Source of the DNA: Octopus bimaculoides
Lineage: Eukaryota
Length of the DNA: 37,348 nt
NCBI RefSeq assembly: GCF_001194135.2
Contig: NC_069000.1
Coordinates: 30,984,932 to 31,022,279, forward strand
Reading direction: 5' to 3'
A program made the translations under genes and the position numbers. Below the pieces are notes generated by a model. That model was not told where the DNA came from. It saw only the letters and a list, made by a program, of their open reading frames with translations, and ran no database searches. Position 1 is the stretch's first letter; each line of letters opens with the position of its first letter. Of the stretch, positions 24,036 to 36,547 are shown piece by piece.

Positions 24036-24509
24036 ATTTGGGGCGGGGAATTTCTATTTATTTTTATCTTTATTTTGACTTCATATATATTCTTACCTGT
24101 GTATTTTCTATATTTTACTTTGTTATCAAGTATAGTGTATCAATTTTTTTTCTTATTTATCTATTCATTTTTATCGATGTATTTCATTTATTTTTTTACT
24201 GCAACGAATCTTGTCTCTCAGTTTCGTCTGAGGACTGTTAGAATGCAACACCTATTACGTCATACATTATTATAAGGCAAAAAGATTGGCAAGAGGATAT
24301 AGCGAGGAGGTCTTTACATATCACATCACTTGGGGAGGTGCATTCTACACTTGTCATGCAAGACAATTTGACTGCACAGCATCTTACCTATTAGCTACAA
24401 TAGCGAGAGAATCAGTCAAAAGGAATGTAATCTCGTGAATGCTATTTTCTATCTCTGAGTTATCTATTTATCTCATTCTCTATCTCTCACCCTCTCTCTC
24501 TCTCTCAAA

Positions 24510-24577
<68 letters not shown>

Positions 24578-24706
24578 NNNNNNNNNNNNNNNNATATATA
24601 TAGCTATCTAGCAATAGATAAATAGATAGAGAGATAGAGACAGAGAGACAGAGAGAGATAGAGACAGAAAGAGAAAGAGAGAGGTATACCAAGGTATACC
24701 ATTCCC

Positions 24707-25144
24707 GGTTGTAACTGTTGAGAAACTGAAGCTTGTCCACTTGATCAGACGTATTTGATAAACCCAGTTTTTGTGAAGCCAAAATTACAGCAGTGCTCAA
24801 ATACAATGTAATCGGGAATAAAGTTTACACCGGTTTATGCGAAGGCAATTTTAAAAGCCGTTATACAAATCACCGGTCTTTTTTCCGAAACATTGATATA
24901 AAATAAAGCCATTAAAGTCGCTAACCATGGTCTTCAGATACTATGGATCTGAAGACCAAGAGTAAACCGCATACACTGAAGTGAAGATATCTATGTCATA
25001 TATACATGGATCAACGAGATGTAAGATAAGCGAAGCTGAAATATAGTACATTCCTTTTAGATGTAAGTGTTCCACCACACTACTTAATTCCACATCCGAA
25101 ATTTTTAGAAATGCAAGCATGTGAATAAGTTCCTTTTGTCGAAC
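24707..25144 (+). mobile_element. Penelope-like element 3' fragment: Cys-rich linker plus GIY-YIG endonuclease
   Basis: With frameshifts: GCNC*ETEACPLD.., KVYTGLCEGNFKSRYTNHRSFFRN, DLKTKSKP.., GSTRCKISEAEI, LLNSTSEIF and CKHVNKFLLSN. These match CNCxxxxxCPL, YxGxxExxFKxRYxNH, CxLCxxEK and LLNxRSE..CxHxNKFLLxN of PLEs with a Cys-rich linker (Neptune-like). Confidence 0.85.
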
Positions 25145-25419
25145 CGGAGGTCACCACCCTTTCCGGATTTAGTAGCTATCTCACATACTTTGGCGTCCTC
25201 TCCGTATATTATTCTACACCAGCTATATTAATTATGGTTTCAAAGGGGACAAATATCTTGGTTTTCTGAATTTTATTTCTTTCTTTTCGTTACACTGGTT
25301 GTATCAAACTTCTTCACGCTTTACTTCTCATTTTTTCTCGCTTTCTCTTAGACCAGCGTCCCGGTTATCAAAAAGGCCTAACGGTATGCACTGAGCTTGG
25401 GATACATAGCATGTTATAT

Positions 25420-25472
25420 AAATCTGCCAAATTAGTGTAACTCTACAGCCTGAAACTATTAGTAGCCGATTT
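25420..25472 (+). ncRNA. Decayed type I hammerhead-like fold downstream of the PLE ORF
   Basis: Stem I AAAUCUGC/GCCGAUUU (7/8 paired), GAAA intact, stem III ACU/AGU with an AUU loop, GUA triplet. The CUGANGA box is decayed to CAAAUUA. Confidence 0.35.
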
Positions 25473-25531
25473 TGTAATTGTGTATATTACAGATTTACAC
25501 ATACACACACACGCAGACACACAGAGACACA

Positions 25532-25572
<41 letters not shown>

Positions 25573-26614
25573 GTATTTGAAAAAAATTGGAGTCAACAAG
25601 GAGTACGGTTTCACATTCATTTTTTAATCACTACAATTGTTTCCACGCTATGTACTTATACATGTGTACAGGTACTTGATTATGAAACCGCTTCCTTCTC
25701 TTATGAGACCTAGTTGTGTTTTCTGGAGTGATATGTAAATATTGTCTACGTAGTGAATAAAAAATAAATGTCCTTTTTGATTCCAATTTTTTCAATTATC
25801 TATTCATACACGACAGATACCCAAACGCAAACCTGGAAGTATGTATAATGCCACTACTAGATAACNNNNNNNNNNNNNNNNNNNNNNNNNNNNNNNNNNN
25901 NNNNNNNNNNNNNNNNNNNNNNNNNNNNNNNNNNNNNNNNNNNNNNNNNNNNNNNNNNNNNNNNNNNNNNNNNNNNNNNNNNNNNNNNNNNTATATATAC
26001 TCTATTTGAGAATTAAGGCTACCATTGGTTTCATGTTAAGAAAAGTAGGAAAATATCTTAGTGTCTTAACAATTTTCCAAGCCGATCACATAGAGAAACG
26101 TGTTATCCCCTATCCTAAACGTGAACACACATAACACACAAACTTCACACAAAGGCAAAAATATAGCCCAATGACGTACTACCGCAACATAAAGTAGAAC
26201 ACTATGTCCAGAACAAAACCATACAAATAATGCAAGATAATTAATCATTAAAAAATCAACCGAAATGACAACTCCAAGGGAGACAAACCCCAAAATATGC
26301 CACTCTACAGTAACGTCCCTTGGTTCATTAATTCATTGTTTCATTCACGTTAATTTAGGAGAAATGCTATGTATGAAGCAAGATTTTTTTTCAAAATGGA
26401 GGCGAACACCTTTCTCCATGTGATCGGCTAGAAAACTTTTTTAAACACTAGGATATTGTCATAGTTTTCTTAACATGAAACCAAGGGTAGCCTTAATTCA
26501 CAAATAAAGAAATTAAATATCCATCAATGCGGTGTTGAACACGAATTTCATCGTTTGACATTTACGTATATATGTATATATATAGATATGTGTGTGTGTG
26601 TGTTATTTCTTTAT

Positions 26615-26825
26615 TACTCACAAGGGGCTAAACATGGAGGGGACAAGCGAGGAATTAAGTCGATTACATCGACTCCAGTGAGTAACTGGTACTTAATTTA
26701 TCGACCCGGAAAGGATGAAAGGCCAAGTCGACTTCGACGGAATTTGAACTCAGAACGTAACGGCAGACGAAATACCGCTAAGCATTTCGCCCGGCGTGCT
26801 AACGTTTCTGCCAGCGCGCCGTCTT
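26615..26825 (-). mobile_element. SINE family B, reverse orientation, well preserved
   Basis: GGAATTTGAACTCAGAACGT (B box, reverse complement) and GACGAAATACCGCTAAGCATTTCGCCCGGCGTGCTAACGTTTCTGCCAG. Confidence 0.9.
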
Positions 26826-27564
26826 CAATATAAATATGTGTGTGTGTGTATGTGTGTGTATATATACACTTACATATATACATATAACTGTGTGTAAGTA
26901 TATATATATATATATGTATATAAAACACACCTGGCATGTTTTTAAGCACACTCTATTCAGACAATGTTCACCTTTAAGATACAAAAGGACAGACTCTAAA
27001 GGCAGTTATTATTTGATTTAGGCGTACATTTCGATGACAAGGTGAACTAACGTAGCTTTCGTTACAAAGTTAAATATATTTTAATTTCTCACTATGCTTC
27101 TGTATCTGCCAAAATTTAAGCTATGCACGCTAAAACACTCTAAAACATGATTAGTTTTGTTTATATGACTATCCTTCTGTATATCTGTCTAATTTTGTCC
27201 GTGCGTATGTGTGCGTAAATTTCTCTGTGTGCTTTTATAATATATGTGCGTGTGGTATGTGTATGTGTATGTGTGTGTGTGCGCGCGTGCGCGTATAAAC
27301 TGTACCAGTATGTGGTTGTGTCTTCCGTGTTTGTGCGTGGATTGGTTTTCTCTAATTGGTTATTTATTTTATCCTTAATCTTCTGTGCGTGTGTATCTAT
27401 ACGTATGTCTATACACACTCAAACACAAACGTCGTATAATTGTATTTTTGTGTGTATTCAGTCTCTCTGTGTATATTTAGTTGTGTGTAACTTTTGAACA
27501 AATTTCAATTTAGACCAATCAATATCTTAAAAGCAATTTAAATCCAAGCAAATCCATGTTAATC

Positions 27565-27612
27565 TCTCTCTTTCTCTCTTTCTCTTTCTCTCTCTCGCTC
27601 TCTCTCTCTCTA

Positions 27613-27644
<32 letters not shown>

Positions 27645-27665
27645 ACTTTCAATCTCTCTCCTTCT
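27565..27665. repeat. Imperfect (CT)n tract
   Basis: Direct reading. Confidence 0.9.
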
Positions 27666-27685
27666 CTCCAGAACGGATGGCAAAA

Positions 27686-27840
27686 CAGGTGGTGATGGTG
27701 GTGGTAGTGGTGTTGGTGTTGTTAATGGTGGTGCTGGTAGTAATTGAGGTAGCGGTGGTCATAGGGGTGGTGATGTTAGTAATGGTATTAGAGGTGGTAT
27801 TGGTGATGGTGGTGATGGTGAGGATAGTGGTGATAGGATA
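27686..27840. repeat. Degenerate (GGT)n/(GAT)n triplet repeat
   Basis: Direct reading. It gives the Gly-rich tail of a spurious ORF. Confidence 0.85.
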
Positions 27841-28614
27841 GTGAATAACATTCGTTGTTCATTAGTTGAAGTGTTAATTTTCTTTATACACATGATAAAT
27901 CCCCGAATCTGATATTTGCTTTTCTCCTAATGGACTGCACAGTAATTATTCCGGTTTATTGCCAGCGTAATGTTGCATAATTTTGTTTAATTTTGTTTTC
28001 GAAAATGTTTTAACTTACTTTTTATTGGTATAATCTTATCTTACGATGTATAGATAACGATTGTTGTTTCATGTACTGTAGCCCAGGCCAGAATACCGGT
28101 TAACAGATATAAGAAATGACAGTCTAAACTACAAGAAGAAATGGATGATATGTCCCTATTGGTTGGAGTAGAAGTGGAGAAAAAGTTGACGAAAATTGGA
28201 AGAAAATTGAAAAGAAACAGAATTGTTAGAGAAAAATATATACAGAGTCATAGCTATAAATAGTGTTAGAGGCAGTAACCTAACAGTAGCCTACAAGCCA
28301 CAACTGGTTTTGTTATTGTTACTGTACTGAGGTGTAATAAACGGATTCTCTCCTCTTCCCATACACCATGACTTAATATTCCCCGCCACCAAAAGGTCGT
28401 TTAGTGCAATAATTGATACAGGGGTGAAAACAAATCACTTTTTGTTGCCAGCTTTCACGTTGCAAGTACAATTATCTCCGAGGTCAACAACAGGTAGCAT
28501 TTATATTGGATTGAGAAAACAGCAATCAAGTACTAAAATTAACTTGATTTATGATATGCATAATTTGTGGCTTTGTGTCTACAACTGATACCAATGTTTA
28601 TACCTAATCAAACA

Positions 28615-28680
28615 GTTGCACTCAGCCGATATTGTTACATTCTAAGTTCAAATCCTGCCGAGACCAACTTTCTTCCTCAT
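28615..28680 (+). mobile_element. Short SINE family B fragment
   Basis: TTACATTCTAAGTTCAAATCCTGCCGAGACCAACTTT resembles TTACGTTCTGAGTTCAAATTCCGCCGAGGTCAACTTT. Confidence 0.5.
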
Positions 28681-29034
28681 TGCAATCACTGGGTTTTACC
28701 AGTTCGACACAAACTGCACCGGCACGGAACTGCCGGAGGCTGTTCATTCGTGTCTGTCCAAGGTACGTGTAGAGCAATAAAATCAATCTGTACGGACTTT
28801 TATAATGTCTGAGCATTGGTGATTTGTGTTTTGTCACACATGTAGGGCAGGTCCAGCGATAAGCCGAGTCCATCTGGAAGATCGATCCATCAACTTACTT
28901 TGCTCAGAAAAGGCTATGCCGAAAGAGATGTAGGGAACGACGATCAGCAGAATGATGACTTGCCTTTCCGGTTACCTTCAAGATTCCCTTGTCACTATAA
29001 CAGTGCAAAGAGTGTCGATGCTCTGAAGTAATTT

Positions 29035-29310
29035 TCACTCTCTTTATGTTTAGATTTCAAACAATTGACGGTATTTAATTTTCATCACTTCGAGGTCGAT
29101 AAAACAAGTTACCAGTCAAGTATTGTGGTCATCATCATCGTTGTTTTAGATAGTCAGGATCACAAGAACGTCGGACAAAATCCCGCATTGAACCGATTCT
29201 TTACGTCTTCAGTTTAAATCCTACCGAGATTATCCTCGCCATTAGTTCTTCTGGAATCAATAAACTAAAGCAACAGTCAATTACTGGGGTCGACATTATT
29301 AACTGTTCCC
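29035..29310 (+). mobile_element. Two degenerate partial SINE family B copies in tandem (about 29035-29130 and 29150-29310)
   Basis: TTTTCATCACTTCGAGGTCGATAAAA, then a second TTTACGTCTTCAGTTTAAATCCTACCGAG..TACTGGGGTCGAC. Confidence 0.55.
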
Positions 29311-30780
29311 ATTTTTTTCCAATGTACGTACGTAATAAATCATTCTGGCTGTTGTTGTTGTTGATGTTGATTTGGGGTTAATGAAATGCCAGAAGCGAAG
29401 CTTTTGGTTATAAAACGACCGTACACGATTTTAGCCACAAACATTTGCTTCCAGTATAATTTATATTCATGTCAAACTGTCTTTTCCTTTTTCCGTTGTT
29501 CGAATACCAGTAAAATATAAAGTTACGTAATTGGACAATATCTTGACGTTCGACTCTATCCACAATAGCAAATGTTACAGAGTAGAATAAAGGATAAGAC
29601 ATCATTATTATGTATAATAAATAATCCAGCTTCAAATACATGTAGAATATATATTCCCTTAGCAACTATTATACCGTAGTTAGTTAATATGAAAACGATT
29701 AAAAGCATTCATCTGAATTTGTCATATAAATACAAGGCTTATCTTCCAAGAGCCTTAACTACTTAAAATGACATGCGTGTATTCTTATATATGATCGACT
29801 TTTGTTTCCACTAAGAATCTTTGAAGAAATTCACCGATATGAAACGATGATGTACACATACCTACATGCATGCATATACACGCGTACAGAAACACAAACA
29901 CACGCAAGGACGCACAGGTGGATTGATAGATTATTTGGTTGATAGGTAAATAGATAAATGGATCGGTATACAGAAATTAAGACAAACAGATAGACACAGA
30001 CACACACATATATATATACAAAGACACACATATGCACTGCTAAACATGCATTTATTTATCTATCTATATATATACACGTATGCGCACGCACACAGACACA
30101 CACAACCACACACATCAGACATGTAATCATACATTTACGCCAAAGAAAAATTATTTATAAAGTGATGGCAATTTTGTATACATAGTTCCATCAATAGTTT
30201 AGAATCTTCACAAAATTATCCATTTCTTTGTTCTTGTTCTTTCTTTTAACTTTTATGTATTCAACTTCGCGTCCTTGCTGACTTAATCTCTCTAATCTGT
30301 TTGAAAAAAAAATCACCCAAAATTTCACGATGTCATCTTTAGTGATAAATACCTACTTTACTTTTAAACACATTTAACAGCGATTCACTGCGCACAAGTT
30401 TGCTTGTAACACATTTAAATATCTGTATTAGATTATAATCCGTCGTTGTCACTATCATACATGTTTTTTTAATGAATATTTCATGATGGTAACGCTTTAA
30501 TTCATGTTATATCAATTATATTTTATGTATACATTGAATTTTGCTGTTATTTTTAATATTTTCAAAAGTATTACATAGCGTCGTGTAATTTTTTTTTTTA
30601 TAATTCGCACGTGCGTGTGCGTCATATTTATATGTATAAACATGTACATATGTACATATATGTGTGTGTGTATGTGTGCTTAAATATGTGTATGTATATA
30701 TGTTGTGTGCGTACATGCATGAGTGTGTTTGTCGTGTATGAATATGTATATTTATGCATATACATGCCTATAGACTTATG

Positions 30781-30811
<31 letters not shown>

Positions 30812-30970
30812 GTTTGTGTATATATATAGACACACACATATTTATACATGCATACATTTATATATATACACATACATAGAAGGGCAGACGTACATACATA
30901 CATACATGCTGGACAGCTGAAATGTACAAGGTTTTACACTCTGTTTATTTTCTCTATTCATTTTGTTGAA

Positions 30971-31043
30971 GAGCGTCAAAATAATACACTTGCTTGTTGT
31001 TCACACACCTGTCTACGTCTTTTGTTTTTCTATAAATTTCAAC
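30971..31043 (+). mobile_element. Truncated 3' part of the hammerhead-associated repeat family
   Basis: It starts GAGCGTCAAAATAATAC, shared with the copies at 2700-2835 (-) and 36960-37110 (+), but lacks the hammerhead core. Confidence 0.5.
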
Positions 31044-31049
31044 TAGTTG

Positions 31050-31056
31050 GATAAAT

Positions 31057-31144
<88 letters not shown>

Positions 31145-31182
31145 ATAGTCAGATAGACAGACAGACACATAGATAGACAGAC

Positions 31183-31224
<42 letters not shown>

Positions 31225-31351
31225 GGAGAGAGACAGAGAGAGACAGAGTCAGACATATCAATAGATAGACAGACAGACAAGCAGAGTGACAGTCCAACAG
31301 ACTAGGCAGACAGGCAGACAGACAGACAGACAGACAGACGGACGGACGGAC

Positions 31352-31402
<51 letters not shown>
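31050..31402. repeat. Compound (GA)n/(GATA)n/(GACA)n/(GACG)n microsatellite
   Basis: Direct reading. Confidence 0.95.
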
Positions 31403-31403
<1 letters not shown>

Positions 31404-31459
31404 CATCTATCCAGGAGAATGACGTGTGACACTTACGCTAAAGTCATGGGTTTTTATTT

Positions 31460-31870
31460 AGTGTTTATCCAAGTTTGTCAGAACAAAGCTGGCACTCTTC
31501 TGATTTTATATGGGATCTCCAAGCTGCTATATGAAAGGAGAATTTAGTACGGTGAAGTCCAACGTAGTCCCCATCTACTCCCCAGAAACCAGAGACCTTA
31601 TCCCAATCTAACGGAAGAATATAAATGTTGAAGTATGCATCTATTCGGGTTCTCTGTCCATGTGCAATCATTGTCCAACCGACCATCTTCCTCGTACTAT
31701 ATCTATATCCAGTTTAACATTCAATGTTCTGGTCGACCCTTGTGTCTTGCAAAAGACAATTCCCCAAGGTGCCGAACATTTGTACGTGTACAAGCAGTTC
31801 GGACGAAAGTAATTGTGGATTATATTAAAATAAGTATATTATTAGCATATATCATAACGGCATTAAAGAG
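31460..31870 (-). mobile_element. Probable decayed Tx1/L1-type APE endonuclease remnant
   Basis: The minus strand, with frameshifts, gives IYANN, VDQNI-LNVKLD and GWT..G.RTRID..D.DKVS, in the order of VYAPN, GDWNAILDxKLD and WTW..xSRIDR. Confidence 0.4.
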
Positions 31871-32683
31871 ATGGAATCGAAGAGTCGATTCACGAACATA
31901 GGGGGACTAAGCAAGAGAACGCAACCTGATATCACTGACAAAATTCGTCATGGAAAGTAATATCTCTTATTCGATTTAGCAATTCCAACGAGCGAGAATG
32001 CTTGTATACAAGAAAAATGGATAAATTTAACTGCAAAGGGTACATTTTAATTACGCGGCCATGCCTGCATCGTATCAAAGTATTGGTATTACATAATTGT
32101 TGAACAGATTTGTTTTCAAAGAATGATGTCAATTTCAAAATGGCGTATATTTAAATTATATTTCCTCTGTTGGCGCAGCTGCCTCGTTTAAATATTCTAC
32201 GTTGACGACGCTATGTTCGAAATAAAAAATAAATTGCAAATTTCATAAACTCCATTTGATGTTATCCATTTATTCATCTAATACATTATTTTTGTAGGAG
32301 ATTTGACAGACATAGACTCATACATATATGCAAATATACATATAGGTATCTCGCCATATATTAATACATTATCATACACAAAAATAGTCTCAAGTGCCAA
32401 AACACACATACACACACACGCGCATTAACATTAATAGTGGCCTCAGAAACACATATCTAAATATTTGAATGCATGTGTGCGTATTGAAGATCATTAAGGG
32501 CATACATATGTATGCAAGAGCAGCATACATACAGAAAATACACACATCTACACTAACCGTTATATACCTTCTTTCTACATCTCTGTCTTTCTTTGCCTCT
32601 TTCACTCACTCTCTACTTCTCCTTCACACACATAAAGAGAGAAATTTATGAAATGTTGATATACACATACGTATGTATATATG

Positions 32684-32759
<76 letters not shown>

Positions 32760-33104
32760 NNNNNNNNNNNNNNNNNNNNNNNNNNNNNNNNNNNNNNNNN
32801 NNNNNNNNNNNNNNNNNNNNNNNNNNNNNNNNNNNNNNNNNNNNNNNNNNNNNNNNNNNNNNNNNNNNNNNNNNNNNNNNNNNNNNNNNNNNNNNNNNNN
32901 NNNNNNNNNNNNNNNNNNNNNNNNNNNNNNNNNNNNNNNNNNNNNNNNNNNNNNNNNNNNNNNNNNNNNNNNNNNGTTTTTCTTTTAATTACTTTCATTG
33001 GTATAATGGAATTTCATATTTTCTGTTGATTTTTGAAGTTATTTATATAGATCAAAGACTATATAGCCTTTTCTGTTGATATAACATCCTTTTGGGAGGG
33101 ATTA

Positions 33105-33106
33105 TA

Positions 33107-33138
<32 letters not shown>

Positions 33139-33141
33139 TGC

Positions 33142-33180
<39 letters not shown>

Positions 33181-33198
33181 TGTGTGTGTGTGTGTGTG
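33105..33198. repeat. (TG)n/(TGCG)n microsatellite
   Basis: Direct reading. Confidence 0.95.
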
Positions 33199-33521
33199 TC
33201 CAAGTGGGAGAGTATAGGAAAGAGAGAGAGATATACAGAGCGGGTAGAGATTTAGGCGTGTTCTTAAAGTTGTGGAAAAATTTATTCTTTTCTTCTTTGT
33301 CATCTAATTCGGTTTATTTCTTATTTCACTTTCTATTGAAAGCCTTCACGTCATATCTCTTGTTTGTTCTCTTCTTTGTGCCCTTGTTCGCTCGATCGTT
33401 CATTTTTTTTTTAGTACATTTTAAACAATCATTGGAGATTTATTGAATATTCTTGCTATTATTAGAACAATAAAAGAGGAATTTTAGACTAAAGCATTAT
33501 AAAAATCCCTACGCTTTAAAT

Positions 33522-33776
33522 CAGTGGTTCTCAACTATTTTTTATCCATGAACTTTTTAATTCTTATTTTACTCTGTTGAAACGCCATAACCAATCGGTG
33601 GTTAAAAATTTCTATTATATTTTTATAATTAAATATTATTAGGAATTGTATTACAAAATATTGTTAAAATATTTGGTGTATTGTACAAGTACAAGCAATT
33701 TATTGTTCATAGATTTTAGCAACAAGATTTTACATGAAACTCTAAGAACCATACGGACCCACTTTGAGAACTACTA
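33522..33776. mobile_element. hAT-type MITE, AT-rich interior
   Basis: Left end CAGTGGTTCTCAA versus right-end reverse complement TAGTAGTTCTCAA (11/13). The TSD is not convincingly preserved. Confidence 0.6.
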
Positions 33777-35514
33777 CTCGATCTTGCTTTGCTCTCGAAA
33801 ATATATATTCCATATATCTGATCAACATAACGACGTACCCGCTGTATTACAGTGAAAATGGCCGAGTATTCCACAAGCTCCATTTACATAACGGTCGCGC
33901 AAACTCAACGTGACATTATGCCTGACAAAGGTGTCCTTCTGTATTCCAGGAAAAACCCTCACGGAACAGACTTGTCAGCATTTTACGCCAAGTCGATTTT
34001 ACTAAAGAGGATTCTACTAAAAGATACTTGCTACACAATCCTGAAATCTTGTGTTCTGTGTCACACATACAGGTTCACACACACATATGCACACACAAGT
34101 TCACATACACACAATCATGCATTCATACGGAATACAAAATATTCTATTCTCTAGATTCATCCAAGAGGATTAAATTAAGATGGACAGGTAGCTCAGTCTT
34201 GCAACTGCGATTCTCCTATTATTAAGTAAGGCTTGAGTCAAAGAGGTATCTCATAAATAGACTAGAACAACGAAATAACCTCTCTACGAGCTAGAAATAG
34301 AAGCAAAATATACTACACATTGTATCTTGTTGCCTTCAAAGGGACACACTGGCTGCTGTAGTTTTAAGTATACTATCACTAAAAAAGTTGGTGGAATTGT
34401 TACGCCTGGAGCGTCTTTGATTATATGGCTGTTCTGTTTTGTCTGAATTCAGAACCAAATTACAATTACTACAATTATCTATCGAATAAAATGAAGTTGC
34501 AATCAGGTTATTGTAGTAATCCACCAAAGGCTCAGAGTTTGTCACATAATTAGCTCTAGGATTTTGATAAGAAGGTAGGTTATGAATGTAGAATGTACAG
34601 ACGGAAAACACACTGAAAAGTTTCTGAAATTATGCTCCAGCTATTCCGCTAACCCCGCACCTGGCTGTTTATTTAAAGATGACGTGGGCAAGATTCGAAC
34701 GCTGAGCGCAGAGAACTGGAACAGTCATATCTTATACAAAACGCTTTCATCTTAAAAGGAAGAAGCTCGACACTTTCGAAAGTATAGTCTTCGAAGCAGG
34801 ATGTCATAAAGATTGACAGAATAGTGAAAACTACATCAGCCTTGATCTTAGGTTTGCTTAATTCTGTCTAGCCTGGAGCTGAACAACGACTTGCACACTT
34901 ATCTCTCTCTCCCTCTCTCAATCTCTCTCTCTTGCTCTTCCCACAAACATGAAATACAAATGTGCACAAGCACACACACACACACACATGAACACATATA
35001 CATACACACGCACACGCATGAGCACACACACATACACACACCAATATGCGCAGAAACAAATGAAAACGTTCAGAGATACCCTGTTCCCTCTTGTCACTTC
35101 TCTCATTTTCTGTCCTCATCTCTATCTCACTCACTGGCTTTCGAGATTTTACTTTCCCCTCCGGCCATTTATAATAATTGATGTTAGCGTGAGCGCATTC
35201 TGATAGTACACAACACAAGCACACATATACGAACGTAGATACTCACACACATATTTACACACTCACTCTCTCCCGTTCTTTCTTCATGTCTTTTTGAATC
35301 TACCTCTACTTGATTCTTTTTTTAATGCGATTTTCCATTAGTAATTATTCTAGCCAGCTGGAGTTCTGTCTAATGTACCTCGATGACACGCGAACGCAGA
35401 AATATATGTACATACACAGCATAGACATAAACATTAAAGTGAAACATGAATATACATAAAAAAAGTTATCCAAATATACACTTACACACGCATACACACA
35501 CCATACAAACATGC

Positions 35515-35612
35515 ACCTAAGTACTAGTGTCGATTTGTTTGACTAAATTCTTCAAGGCCGTTTAGATTTCCTTAATGCGGCTGTAAACCAAGGACTGAAA
35601 CAAGACTGACAG
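35515..35612 (+). mobile_element. 3' tail fragment of SINE family C
   Basis: TAAGTACTAGTGTCGATTTG..GACTAAATTCTTCAAGGC..GACTGAAACAAG matches 22710-22790. Confidence 0.6.
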
Positions 35613-35615
35613 TAC

Positions 35616-35688
35616 CTCTCTCTCTCTCTCTCTCGCTCTCTCTCTCACTCTCTCTCTCTCTCTCTCTCTCTCCCTATCTCTCTCTCTG

Positions 35689-35727
<39 letters not shown>
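35616..35727. repeat. (CT)n microsatellite
   Basis: Direct reading. Confidence 0.95.
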
Positions 35728-36357
35728 NNNNNNNNNNNNNNNNNNNNNNNNNNNNNNNNNNNNNNNNNNNNNNNNNNNNNNNNNNNNNNNNNNNNNNNNN
35801 NNNNNNNNNNNNNNNNNNNNNNNNNNNNNNNNNNNNNNNNNNNNNNNNNNNNNNNNNNNNNNNNNNNNNNNNNNNNNNNNNNNNNNNNNNNNNNNNNNNN
35901 NNNNNNNNNNNNNNNNNNNNNNNNNNNNNNNNNNNNNNNNNNNNNNNNNNNNNNNNNNNNNNNNNNNNNNNNNNNNNNNNNNNNNNNNNNNNNNNNNNNN
36001 NNNNNNNNNNNNNNNNNNNNNNNNNNNNNNNNNNNNNNNNNNNNNNNNNNNNNNNNNNNNNNNNNNNNNNNNNNNNNNNNNNNNNNNNNNNNNNNNNNNN
36101 NNNNNNNNNNNNNNNNNNNNNNNNNNNNNNNNNNNNNNNNNNNNNNNNNNNNNNNNNNNNNNNNNNNNNNNNNNNNNNNNNNNNNNNNNNNNNNNNNNNN
36201 NNNNNNNNNNNNNNNNNNNNNNNNNNNNNNNNNNNNNNNNNNNNNNNNNNNNNNNNNNNNNNNNNNNNNNNNNNNNNNNNNNNNNNNNNNNNNNNNNNNN
36301 NNNNNNNNNNNNNNNNNNNNNNNNNNNNNNNNNNNNNNNNNNNNNNNNNNNNNNNNN
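35728..36357. other. Largest assembly gap (N run); many other gaps also abut microsatellites
   Basis: Run of N characters. Confidence 0.99.
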
Positions 36358-36384
36358 TATATATATATATATATATATATATAT

Positions 36385-36547
36385 GGCGGACTTCTTTCAG
36401 TTTCCGTCTACCAAATCCACCCACCAAGGTTTTGTCGGCACGAGGCTATAGTAGTTGATACATGCCCAAGGTGTAACACGGTGAAACTGAAGCCGAAACC
36501 ATGCGGTTGGGAAGCAAGCTTCTTACCACCCAGCAACGCTTGCGCCT
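36385..36547 (-). mobile_element. SINE family C head, reverse orientation
   Basis: The reverse complement reads GGCGCAAGCGTTGCTGGGTGGTAAGAAGCTTGCTTCCCAACC..CCTTGGGCA..ACTATAGCCTCG..GGATTTGGTAGACGGAAACTGAAAGAAG, matching the 22425 copy. Confidence 0.8.

Noticed and set aside
34760-34800. Minus-strand CUGCUUCGAAGAC..UUUCGAAAGUGUC resembling a hammerhead
   Set aside because: It has no CUGANGA and no consistent stems, and is better explained as two TTCGAA palindromes.
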